A stretch of DNA of 24,173 nucleotides from a virus (Duplodnaviria; Caudoviricetes). Position 1 is the stretch's first letter. Each line of letters begins with the position of its first letter. The translations under genes were made by a program, and so were the position numbers. The stretch spans positions 1 through 24,173 of the IMG/VR virus record IMGVR_UViG_3300017759_000081; one strand, given 5' to 3'. The notes beneath the pieces were generated by a model that worked only from the letters and a program-made list of their open reading frames with translations, ran no database searches and was not told the DNA's origin. Shown piece after piece: positions 7,083-13,618 of this stretch.

Positions 7083-7362
7083 TTTCCCTTTTGATGTCGC
7101 TACGCGACAAGCAATCCGTTAGTTAATAATGACGAGCTGTAATTACCGTATCGAATCTTGTCGTCTGTCCCCGTTACCTGCTCTCGGCACTAGGGGGCGC
7201 ATCATGAAGAGGGTCAACTCCGCCTCCGAGGTTCTTTGGTTCCTCGGCCTAACGCCCGGTAATTTCTGACTAAGGAAGGAGACAAGAGTAGTCTAGAGGT
7301 GTCCAGGGGTGTCCAGAGACGTCCCACTGAGTGTATACTACCCTTGTCTTGTTTCTTAGCCG
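7083..7362 (-). ncRNA. Candidate structured leader RNA / replication-origin region
   Basis: 25-position stem 7268-7292/7337-7361 (20 Watson-Crick pairs); multibranch domain closed by AATTACCG (7141-7148)/CGGTAATT (7257-7264) with inner stems; hairpin 7095-7109; no ORF of 60 aa or more. Confidence 0.55.
7287..7326. repeat. Four degenerate tandem 10-bp repeats (iteron-like)
   Basis: AGTAGTCTAG / AGGTGTCCAG / GGGTGTCCAG / AGACGTCCCA. Confidence 0.55.
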
Positions 7363-7368
7363 AGTACG

Positions 7369-7398
7369 AGACTACCTACTCAGACATACCCTAGTCAA
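7369..7398 (-). promoter_or_regulatory. Putative promoter for the structured leader and rep operon
   Basis: TTGACT-N18-TAGTCT; predicted start at about 7362, which is the base of the long stem. Confidence 0.45.
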
Positions 7399-7411
7399 GT
7401 AGGACTCCCGT

Positions 7412-7437
7412 AGCCCCTCTTTTGAGGGGCTTTTTTT
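7412..7437 (+). terminator. Intrinsic terminator on the plus strand
   Basis: AGCCCCTC-TTTT-GAGGGGCT followed by a T-run; no T-run in the minus orientation. Confidence 0.8.
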
Positions 7438-7444
7438 GTACCTT

Positions 7445-7476
7445 AAAAAAGCGCACACCCGTTATATGGACGTGCG
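7445..7476 (-). terminator. Intrinsic terminator closing the upstream early operon
   Basis: CGCACGTCC-ATATAAC-GGGTGTGCG (two G-U pairs valid on the minus-strand RNA) followed by CTTTTTT. Confidence 0.6.
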
Positions 7477-7519
7477 GTTTATCACGAAAAATCTGATACC
7501 CAATGTATGGGCAACAGAA

Positions 7520-7798
7520 TTACCACTGGTTAGCGATCTTAAACTTCTTACGTGGGTAACGACTTTCACCGCCATTGTTCCACTTGAAGTAAATAGTCCT
7601 GCCGTCCTTCTTCCAGCAGCCAGACTCGGTATTACCCTCGCCGTCGTACCAGTAGGCTCGCTGCATGTCGCCAGCAATAATGCACGAGTCATCCGTTAGG
7701 ACAATCTCGCCGCCATTTTTCAAGCCTTTGTAGGCTTTAGTGTCAGCGAATGCTTGTACAGCCAATAGGCTGATAACTACGGTAATTAAATATTTCAT
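7520..7798 (-). CDS. Small exported (signal peptide) protein, 92 aa
   Basis: Start MKYLITVVISLLAVQAFA|D with AxA cleavage site; two Cys; AAGGGAG RBS. Confidence 0.75.
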   Translation of the reverse strand: MKYLITVVISLLAVQAFADTKAYKGLKNGGEIVLTDDSCIIAGDMQRAYWYDGEGNTESGCWKKDGRTIYFKWNNGGESRYPRKKFKIANQW

Positions 7799-8019
7799 TT
7801 TTTCTCCCTTACCTCCGTAGAGGTTTTTGTTTTGAGCAAGTGATACGTAGCGTAACGCTTGCCGTTTCGTACAGTTGTCTCGGTGTGTATCTTGTGGCCT
7901 CGCATACGAAGCTCTTGGATACGTGCTGCTAACCGAAAACAACCAAACTTATCCAAAGCATCCAGAGCCGTTATTGGCTCCTTCCGCAAGTGGTTAAGTA
8001 TCTGCGCCGAATGACTCAT
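7795..8019 (-). CDS. Winged helix-turn-helix protein (HTH_39-like)
   Basis: QILNHLRKEPITALDALDKFGCFRLAARIQELRMRGHKIHT...YATYHL family signature; GGAGG RBS. Confidence 0.8.
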   Translation of the reverse strand: MSHSAQILNHLRKEPITALDALDKFGCFRLAARIQELRMRGHKIHTETTVRNGKRYATYHLLKTKTSTEVREKK

Positions 8020-8237
8020 TTTTCTTCCTCCCAATTTAAGAACTCGTCGATGGTGTAGCCAAAGTAATTAGCTAACTGCGTAAGGCGCGACAGAGCCATA
8101 TCCTCGCTGTTTTTCCATCGATAAATAGTCATAGGTGTGACCTGCAGCTTCTTAGCCATGACGGTGCCCAAAGGGTCACCGCATGAGTCTAAAAGCGCTG
8201 TAAGTGCTGCACCTGGGGTTTTAGAAGGGTATGTCAC
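8016..8237 (-). CDS. XRE/Cro-like HTH transcriptional regulator
   Basis: MAKKLQVTPMTIYRWKN...RLTQLANYFGYTIDEFL; GTG start after GGAGG. Confidence 0.8.
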   Translation of the reverse strand: MTYPSKTPGAALTALLDSCGDPLGTVMAKKLQVTPMTIYRWKNSEDMALSRLTQLANYFGYTIDEFLNWEEEK

Positions 8238-8481
8238 TAGTGTCAGCCTCCTGTTCAAATACCTGACGAGCCTGCTGCATACCCTTTGCATGAACCTCGT
8301 CTTTAAGCTTAGTGCTCAGCCGCATGTAGCTGTTGCCGTTCTTATCCTTGGCTATCCAAGCATTAAGCCAGTGATCGGCGCCATCAGCGTTCATGTAGCT
8401 GCCCTTGTAGTCAGGATCAGTGTCCTTTGACTTTTCGTTGTTCTTAAACAGAACACCGCGATTGGTGTTGTCATACTCCAT
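8221..8481 (-). CDS. Small single-stranded DNA-binding protein
   Basis: GVLFKN...PDYKG...AW beta-rich domain with the acidic SSB-type tail DTSDIPF; next to the annealase gene. Confidence 0.7.
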   Translation of the reverse strand: MEYDNTNRGVLFKNNEKSKDTDPDYKGSYMNADGADHWLNAWIAKDKNGNSYMRLSTKLKDEVHAKGMQQARQVFEQEADTSDIPF

Positions 8482-9077
8482 TAGCTTTCTCCTAAAATAA
8501 GCTTTCTAGCTTCGTTAAACTCATTTGACTTAAGATCAGTGCGCTCAGCAGTTGTGAAGATTCCGCCCTTACTAGGTGCAACCCACAATGCCTTCTTGTC
8601 GTCGTTACTGATCTCGCCCCATGCCTCTGCTACGGTTTCCCACGCTCGTAGAGCAAGATGCTCTTTGATGAAGTACACAGACGCATAGTTACGCTGTAAT
8701 GCTTCGTTGTGAGACATGAGAGGGCCAACATTGTCATTCTGCTGTTGCAGAGCATTAACCAACTCGTCTGCGCTTGCATACTGACTACCGCCAAGCCCTA
8801 GCGCACTCAATGCGCGACCGATTGCTGAGGTCTCCGCATTTTCGAGTGCTGAAGTGCGATTGATTTTACTGGCTGCACGCACCTCCTCTGCGTAACCAGT
8901 AGCGAGCAATCTGCTCTCAGTGTTGAATATGCTGGCCTTTACAATAACCAGCACATCGTTTGCTTCGACAAGGTCTGTCTGTATCGTGAAGTCCGGGTAT
9001 TGCTCCCGAAACTCGTTGACACGGTACGCGACAGTTTTGTAATCCTTGCCGTGTATGCTGACTATACCCTCAGTCAT
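8481..9077 (-). CDS. Rad52/Sak-like single-strand annealing protein
   Basis: GKDYKTVAYRV...ATGYAEE...ALENAETSAIGRALSALG motif. Confidence 0.7.
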   Translation of the reverse strand: MTEGIVSIHGKDYKTVAYRVNEFREQYPDFTIQTDLVEANDVLVIVKASIFNTESRLLATGYAEEVRAASKINRTSALENAETSAIGRALSALGLGGSQYASADELVNALQQQNDNVGPLMSHNEALQRNYASVYFIKEHLALRAWETVAEAWGEISNDDKKALWVAPSKGGIFTTAERTDLKSNEFNEARKLILGES

Positions 9078-9273
9078 TATTTGCTCCTTCCATTTGTGCT
9101 AACTCGTAACCACGCGCATCCCCCTGCGAGTAGGCATCAGACATGCGTGGTGCAAGTTCCATATAGCGGCCGAAATAGCCGCACTCAAAGCCCTGGCGAT
9201 ACTCCCGCGCAAGAAGAGGCATAATCTCCTTCCAGCCTTCGGTCATAGCGTCCTCGTAGTTGGGCAAGCTCAT
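9070..9273 (-). CDS. Hypothetical protein
   Basis: 67-aa ORF overlapping both neighbours (ATGA junction at its start). Confidence 0.7.
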   Translation of the reverse strand: MSLPNYEDAMTEGWKEIMPLLAREYRQGFECGYFGRYMELAPRMSDAYSQGDARGYELAQMEGANND

Positions 9274-9608
9274 TGGTCTTCACCATAGGCGCGTGCGTTG
9301 ATCACGTAATCAAACGCATCCTGCAGATTCTCTTCAATGGTGGGACGTGCGTAGCTCCAAAGTGTTTCGCGCAAGCCGTCAATAAACGGGTCGCTAGGAC
9401 GCTCTGGTGCGTACAAATTTAGAATAAACTCAGCGGGGTTGTTAGCACGTAGCAGCGCTTCGGAGAGTATCTCCCCATACTGCTCTTGTACCTCAAGGAC
9501 AAGGCAGCCCTTGTCTATCATGTCAAACTCATCGATGCGGTCGATGTCACCGTCTACTTGGTCATACAAATCTACTCGGTCGTAGAACACCTTTACTGAT
9601 CTTGCCAT
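9270..9608 (-). CDS. Hypothetical acidic early protein
   Basis: 112 aa; first gene after the promoter at 9646-9674; GGGAGAAAGG RBS. Confidence 0.75.
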   Translation of the reverse strand: MARSVKVFYDRVDLYDQVDGDIDRIDEFDMIDKGCLVLEVQEQYGEILSEALLRANNPAEFILNLYAPERPSDPFIDGLRETLWSYARPTIEENLQDAFDYVINARAYGEDQ

Positions 9609-9645
9609 TAGCCTTTCTCCCGTAGTGCATCATTGCACAAGAGAG

Positions 9646-9683
9646 AATATAACAACATGTGTTAGATATAACAACCCTTGTTA
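9646..9683 (-). promoter_or_regulatory. Early promoter with two tandem TAACA-N5-TGTTA operators (9650-9664, 9669-9683)
   Basis: TTGTTA-N17-TATATT with TGn extension; one operator overlaps the -10 and the other the -35. Confidence 0.75.
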
Positions 9684-9697
9684 TTATTTATATGGGT

Positions 9698-10069
9698 TTA
9701 GTTATAGTAGGTCCACATGACAGGCGTGCCTTCACGCATATCCAAGTGAATAAAATTCTTGTGAACCCCTATGCCGTTGAACACGCCCATCTTCAGAGCC
9801 TCATGCACAATGTTCATTCTTTGGAAGCCGTCAGATACTGCGATATCGGCTGCAATTCCACGGGTATGGTTGCCAGGGCCATTTGGCTTATTGACCTCCA
9901 GGCTGTGATTAACAGACCTGTAGCCGCTGGTGATGCGGAAAGGGAATCCACAGATGCCTCTAAGGGTGTCTAGGTGCTCGACGAAGGTTAAATCCATTGA
10001 GTTCTCCTGCGTCTCTCGACACCGGAATTCAGCTATCTGGAAGTGAATCAGCTTCTTCATATCGTACAC
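9698..10069 (-). CDS. Endolysin, peptidase M15 family
   Basis: ITSGYRS...H-x6-D (HTRGIAAD)...FIHLD Zn-binding motif. Confidence 0.88.
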   Translation of the reverse strand: MYDMKKLIHFQIAEFRCRETQENSMDLTFVEHLDTLRGICGFPFRITSGYRSVNHSLEVNKPNGPGNHTRGIAADIAVSDGFQRMNIVHEALKMGVFNGIGVHKNFIHLDMREGTPVMWTYYN

Positions 10070-10226
10070 ATACGAGCTTGGTAACTATTTCGGTAGTACA
10101 TAATAGCGCGCCATATAGCGGAATGCACTTCTCGCGCTCCATTGTTACCGACTTGAAATCTACGCACTCGCGGTCATCTTGGCTGGCGCATCCTGCTACA
10201 AATAGAAGACACGCTAACCATCTCAT
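10029..10226 (-). CDS. Small lipoprotein in the lysis cassette
   Basis: Lipobox MRWLACLLFVAG|C; four further Cys in the mature part. Confidence 0.7.
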   Translation of the reverse strand: MRWLACLLFVAGCASQDDRECVDFKSVTMEREKCIPLYGALLCTTEIVTKLVCVRYEEADSLPDS

Positions 10227-10618
10227 TGCCGGGCTACGTTCTTTGTCTTTTCGTAGGTTCGCAAACCGCCTAACCCAAGCATGCCGAGCAGAACAGGCAT
10301 CATCTCAGTAAGATCAAGAGCTGGGACAGTGATGGGATGATTATTGATAGTAAGTATAAAATTGCAAATAGGAACAAACAGGTAATTAGTCGCAAGGCCA
10401 ATAGCAGTAATCCAGCCGACAGCCGGGCGCCACCCGCTGACAAACATTGAATGACTGCTTGCCTCTGCTTTGTTAACTTCGATTTGAGCCTTAGCGATTT
10501 CATGCGCCTGCTTCTCTGCCAAAGTTGCTATCTCAAATGACAACCGACGTCGCTCGTCAGCGTCTGGGATAACCTTATCGAGAAGCTTCGATATTGGACC
10601 TATTAGTAGGTCAAGCAT
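10223..10618 (-). CDS. Holin (3-TM, GTA-release type)
   Basis: FVSGWRPAVGW and GMLGLGGLRTYEK family motifs; hydrophobic segments. Confidence 0.85.
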   Translation of the reverse strand: MLDLLIGPISKLLDKVIPDADERRRLSFEIATLAEKQAHEIAKAQIEVNKAEASSHSMFVSGWRPAVGWITAIGLATNYLFVPICNFILTINNHPITVPALDLTEMMPVLLGMLGLGGLRTYEKTKNVARQ

Positions 10619-10950
10619 TACATGCCGCCTTTAATCCACAGGCCGATGCAGGTCATGACGCCGGCCATAATAATGCGCTCGATCCATTGATTTTTAGCGA
10701 TGTTAATTTCTATCGCCTGGATGCGCTTCTCGTGATTCTTTACCTCGTCCTTTAGGACTGATTGAATCTCATCGATTCGCTTGTGTGCCCTTGTTACCGT
10801 CTCGGTCAAGTGAACCTGCCTTTGCTCCATACTGGATAAATCTTGTAGCGTCTGTGCAATGCTTGTCAGCGCAGACTTCATCTCGCTAACGTCTTGCGCC
10901 ATCGCCTCTTGCTGAGCTTCTAGTTTGGCAACTGAGCGCTCGATAGTCAT
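10618..10950 (-). CDS. Coiled-coil protein with C-terminal TM helix (lysis-associated)
   Basis: Heptad-rich body, C-terminal IIMAGVMTCIGLWI; directly upstream of the holin. Confidence 0.65.
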   Translation of the reverse strand: MTIERSVAKLEAQQEAMAQDVSEMKSALTSIAQTLQDLSSMEQRQVHLTETVTRAHKRIDEIQSVLKDEVKNHEKRIQAIEINIAKNQWIERIIMAGVMTCIGLWIKGGM

Positions 10951-10952
10951 GG

Positions 10953-11240
10953 TTAGACAGTGCCTTCCACGATGCGCAGCTTCTTAAAATCAGGATCATT
11001 GAGCTTGCGCATAATTAGCTTCTTGCGACCCTCAATGTCGTCCCAAGCAATACGCTCTTCTTTCATCCACTGCGCCAAAAGGTGCATAGGGATTGATCCA
11101 ACACACCATGAATCAGGCAGCTTGCCGGCACCCATAGATCGCAGCTTTGCTGTGCGCTCTAAGTAAGGCGTGTTATCGAACTGCTTCTCTACGACAAAGG
11201 TGCCGTCGTGGTTGTTGTGGAACTTCTCTTTAACCTTCAT
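10953..11240 (-). CDS. Hypothetical phage protein downstream of the capsid gene
   Basis: 95-aa ORF with VGSIP...W...LNDPD pattern, which I recognise from podovirus-like head modules. Confidence 0.7.
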   Translation of the reverse strand: MKVKEKFHNNHDGTFVVEKQFDNTPYLERTAKLRSMGAGKLPDSWCVGSIPMHLLAQWMKEERIAWDDIEGRKKLIMRKLNDPDFKKLRIVEGTV

Positions 11241-11412
11241 CGGAAACCTTTTTCTTGCGCGTTCGCTTAGGCTTTGGCTGTGGTGCTAACTCTAAATTTA
11301 CGCCGTACGGCACAGCCTGCTCTTCTGTCAATTTTACCACGTCTCCGCGTGAATATTTAACGCCGTCGATAAACAATGTGCCAATCGTAACTTTATACAT
11401 AACTTTTCCCAT
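11230..11412 (-). CDS. Small hypothetical protein with basic C-terminus
   Basis: 60 aa (start may be the second Met); PKPKRTRKKK tail. Confidence 0.65.
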   Translation of the reverse strand: MGKVMYKVTIGTLFIDGVKYSRGDVVKLTEEQAVPYGVNLELAPQPKPKRTRKKKVSDEG

Positions 11413-11435
11413 AAAAAAAGGGGGCCGAAGCCCCC
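11413..11435 (-). terminator. Intrinsic terminator after the major capsid gene
   Basis: GGGGGC-TTCG-GCCCCC followed by T7 (cUUCGg tetraloop). Confidence 0.9.
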
Positions 11436-11450
11436 GGAGCCTTAACTAAA

Positions 11451-12407
11451 TTAAGACGTTGTGTTGTCAGCGATCATGCCTGAAGCCTTCTCATTCTTAC
11501 AAACAAGAGTAAGCTCAGTGGTAACCTGACGTGTAGTCGCATCACCAGTCTTCGCGAGTGCGATGTTCTTGGTTGGACGAAGAACACCAACAGCCCACAT
11601 ATCGTCTTGCATAATGAAGACGTCACGCGAACGATTCTCTCTCGATGGAATGAATTCAACGCTACCCCAGGGCGTAATGTAAACATCCATGTGCTTGATT
11701 ACGCGCTCATCTTCGGCTTTGATAGTTGAACGCTGGTTGTTGTTACCAGTAAAGCCAAGAGCTACATTCATCTGGAAAGCTGACAGGTAAACAGAGTCAG
11801 GGTTTCCACCTTGCTCCCAGATTGACTGCATTACGGTGTCAAACTTAGCTTGAGAAAACGCTGTCAGAGCAGTGGTTTCATCAGTACGTGCGTCAGTACC
11901 GTCACCAGTGGCGTCAGCACCTTCGTTAGCACCGAAGCTAGTGTTGGTGATAAGCCATGCAGGAGCGCCAGCAAGCTCACGTGCCGCACTGGCGCTGCCA
12001 GTTACTGCCGCGTTGTTAGCAAAAAGAGCCTTCTCAATATCGAGCTTCTGCTCTTTTGCAATCTTGAGTGTCTGGTACGCCATTTCAGCAGACCGACCCG
12101 CTTTGTTCAAACCCTCGTCAGTGTCAGGAATGACAACCGCGTTCTTAAAGATTTGAGTTCGATTTCCTAAGCGAGTAGTCGCTACGCGAGCTTCAGCAGT
12201 AGTCGCATCTCCCTCGATATGGGCATTGGTAGTTGAAGAGCGCAGAGCGTCCGTTTGCCACTCGTGGAAAGTTGCAGTCGCTTTGACTTTTGCACACCTA
12301 GAGTAGAAGGGCGTTTCTTCCGGCGATACATCGTAGATCACGTCGGACAAGTCCTCACGGATACCGACAGCATCATAGCTGTCAAAAGTGTTGGTTGGCT
12401 GTGCCAT
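11451..12407 (-). CDS. Major capsid protein (SU10/DUF5309-like)
   Basis: REDLSDVIYDVSPEETPF, HEWQTD, NRTQIF, LAKTGDA motifs; follows the scaffold gene; strong terminator downstream. Confidence 0.9.
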   Translation of the reverse strand: MAQPTNTFDSYDAVGIREDLSDVIYDVSPEETPFYSRCAKVKATATFHEWQTDALRSSTTNAHIEGDATTAEARVATTRLGNRTQIFKNAVVIPDTDEGLNKAGRSAEMAYQTLKIAKEQKLDIEKALFANNAAVTGSASAARELAGAPAWLITNTSFGANEGADATGDGTDARTDETTALTAFSQAKFDTVMQSIWEQGGNPDSVYLSAFQMNVALGFTGNNNQRSTIKAEDERVIKHMDVYITPWGSVEFIPSRENRSRDVFIMQDDMWAVGVLRPTKNIALAKTGDATTRQVTTELTLVCKNEKASGMIADNTTS

Positions 12408-12413
12408 GGTTAA

Positions 12414-13376
12414 TTACCTCTCATTAAGGATTAAGCTCATCGCATCTTTGATGCTGCCTGAGCGTTTTAGTTTCGATCTAGCTTGTCTTGAAGAGTCACG
12501 GTTTGACGCTGTCTTCTTGGCACCCGGTTTAACAGTACGCTTTGGCTTTGCCTTAGCTTTCTTGATTGCTTGTTCCTTGCCGCCTTGTGCCGCCCTGTAT
12601 TGGATGGCGTCGTGCAGTACCCGGAGTACACGCGAATCAGTCACCGCTGCGATCTCTTGCGGGTCAAACCCGTAGACATCTTGGCTTACCTTAAACATAT
12701 TGTTGCGAAGACCTTCGGCCTTCTGCGGGTCCGCAAAGTCAGGAATAGCCTGCCTCAACGTCTCCATTTCTCTTTGTAAATAAGCGTTCCTAGCTTGCAG
12801 CTCCGCTTGGGAATTGCCTTCTAGTGCCTGCTGAACCTCAGCGATCCTCTGCTGGTATTCATTAGCCTCCCGGTCGTACTTCATTTTCGCTTCCATATAA
12901 CCTACTGGGTCAGACGAAAATTTCTCTTCACTAGGGGGCACAGGGGCTGACGGTATTTGCATGTTTTGCACTTGGGCAAAAATAGCTTTCGCTTGCTCGC
13001 GCTCATTCAGGAAATCACCTGCAATCTGCTCAAACTGCTTGCGCATCTCGGCAACTTGCTGCATTCCCTGCTGGACATATTGCTGACCGCTGTATCCTCG
13101 CTTGAGATCCTCTAGGGTGACCGTCTGCTCTATACCGTCAACTTTGACAGTAAAGGTTTCAGGCTCCTCTGGATCGGCTTCCTCAGCGTCCTCGTCGTAG
13201 TCCTCTTCTACCTCGTCATCCTGTTCTGGCTCATCAACCTCCTGCTCCTCGTCCTCATAGTCCTCTTCAGGCGCCTCAGCGACTTCTTCAGGTTGCTCTT
13301 CGGTCTCGGGTTGTATCAGTTGGCTTATAGCCGATTCGATGCTGCCATCGAATGTCATTTCGTCAGTCGTATCCAC
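12414..13376 (-). CDS. Capsid scaffolding protein
   Basis: Very acidic N-terminus, TVKVDGIEQTVTLEDLKRGY motif, coiled coil, basic C-terminus; between portal and capsid genes. Confidence 0.85.
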   Translation of the reverse strand: MDTTDEMTFDGSIESAISQLIQPETEEQPEEVAEAPEEDYEDEEQEVDEPEQDDEVEEDYDEDAEEADPEEPETFTVKVDGIEQTVTLEDLKRGYSGQQYVQQGMQQVAEMRKQFEQIAGDFLNEREQAKAIFAQVQNMQIPSAPVPPSEEKFSSDPVGYMEAKMKYDREANEYQQRIAEVQQALEGNSQAELQARNAYLQREMETLRQAIPDFADPQKAEGLRNNMFKVSQDVYGFDPQEIAAVTDSRVLRVLHDAIQYRAAQGGKEQAIKKAKAKPKRTVKPGAKKTASNRDSSRQARSKLKRSGSIKDAMSLILNER

Positions 13377-13618
13377 GGTACTGATCCTCGCTCTTGCTGT
13401 TTGTCGAACATCGCCTCATCCGTAAGGATGACTGCCATGCGATCCTCGATCTTCGCTAACGCTCTCACTATGTGATGCGCTTCTTCCCGGTCCTGACATG
13501 AGGAGTGCGGGTTTAGAAAGACGTTGGCTGCGTCTTCTCTAATTTCGTCTACCAGCGTGTTGAATGCCTCGTCTTGCTGGAGGCGCTTAACGTGCGCTGC
13601 TCGATCTTTTATATTCAA
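13355..13618 (-). CDS. Small hypothetical head-module protein
   Basis: 87-aa helical ORF between portal and scaffold, overlapping both. Confidence 0.75.
   Translation of the reverse strand: MNIKDRAAHVKRLQQDEAFNTLVDEIREDAANVFLNPHSSCQDREEAHHIVRALAKIEDRMAVILTDEAMFDKQQERGSVPWIRLTK

Larger units (their letters stand above)
7346..7437 (+). ncRNA. Predicted ~90-nt antisense RNA
   Basis: Plus-strand -10 TATACT (7334-7339) upstream and a plus-oriented intrinsic terminator (7412-7437) downstream, in a window whose genes are all on the minus strand. Confidence 0.45.

Noticed and set aside
7160-7190. CAGGTAACG resemblance to RNase P RNA
   Set aside because: The match is short, the conserved P4 motifs (GAGGAAAGTC) are absent and the region is too small.
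7083-7440. Unannotated N-terminal coding extension of the replication protein
   Set aside because: An in-frame TAA lies at 7119-7121, there is no upstream ORF of 60 aa or more, and an RBS sits directly before the GTG at 7082.
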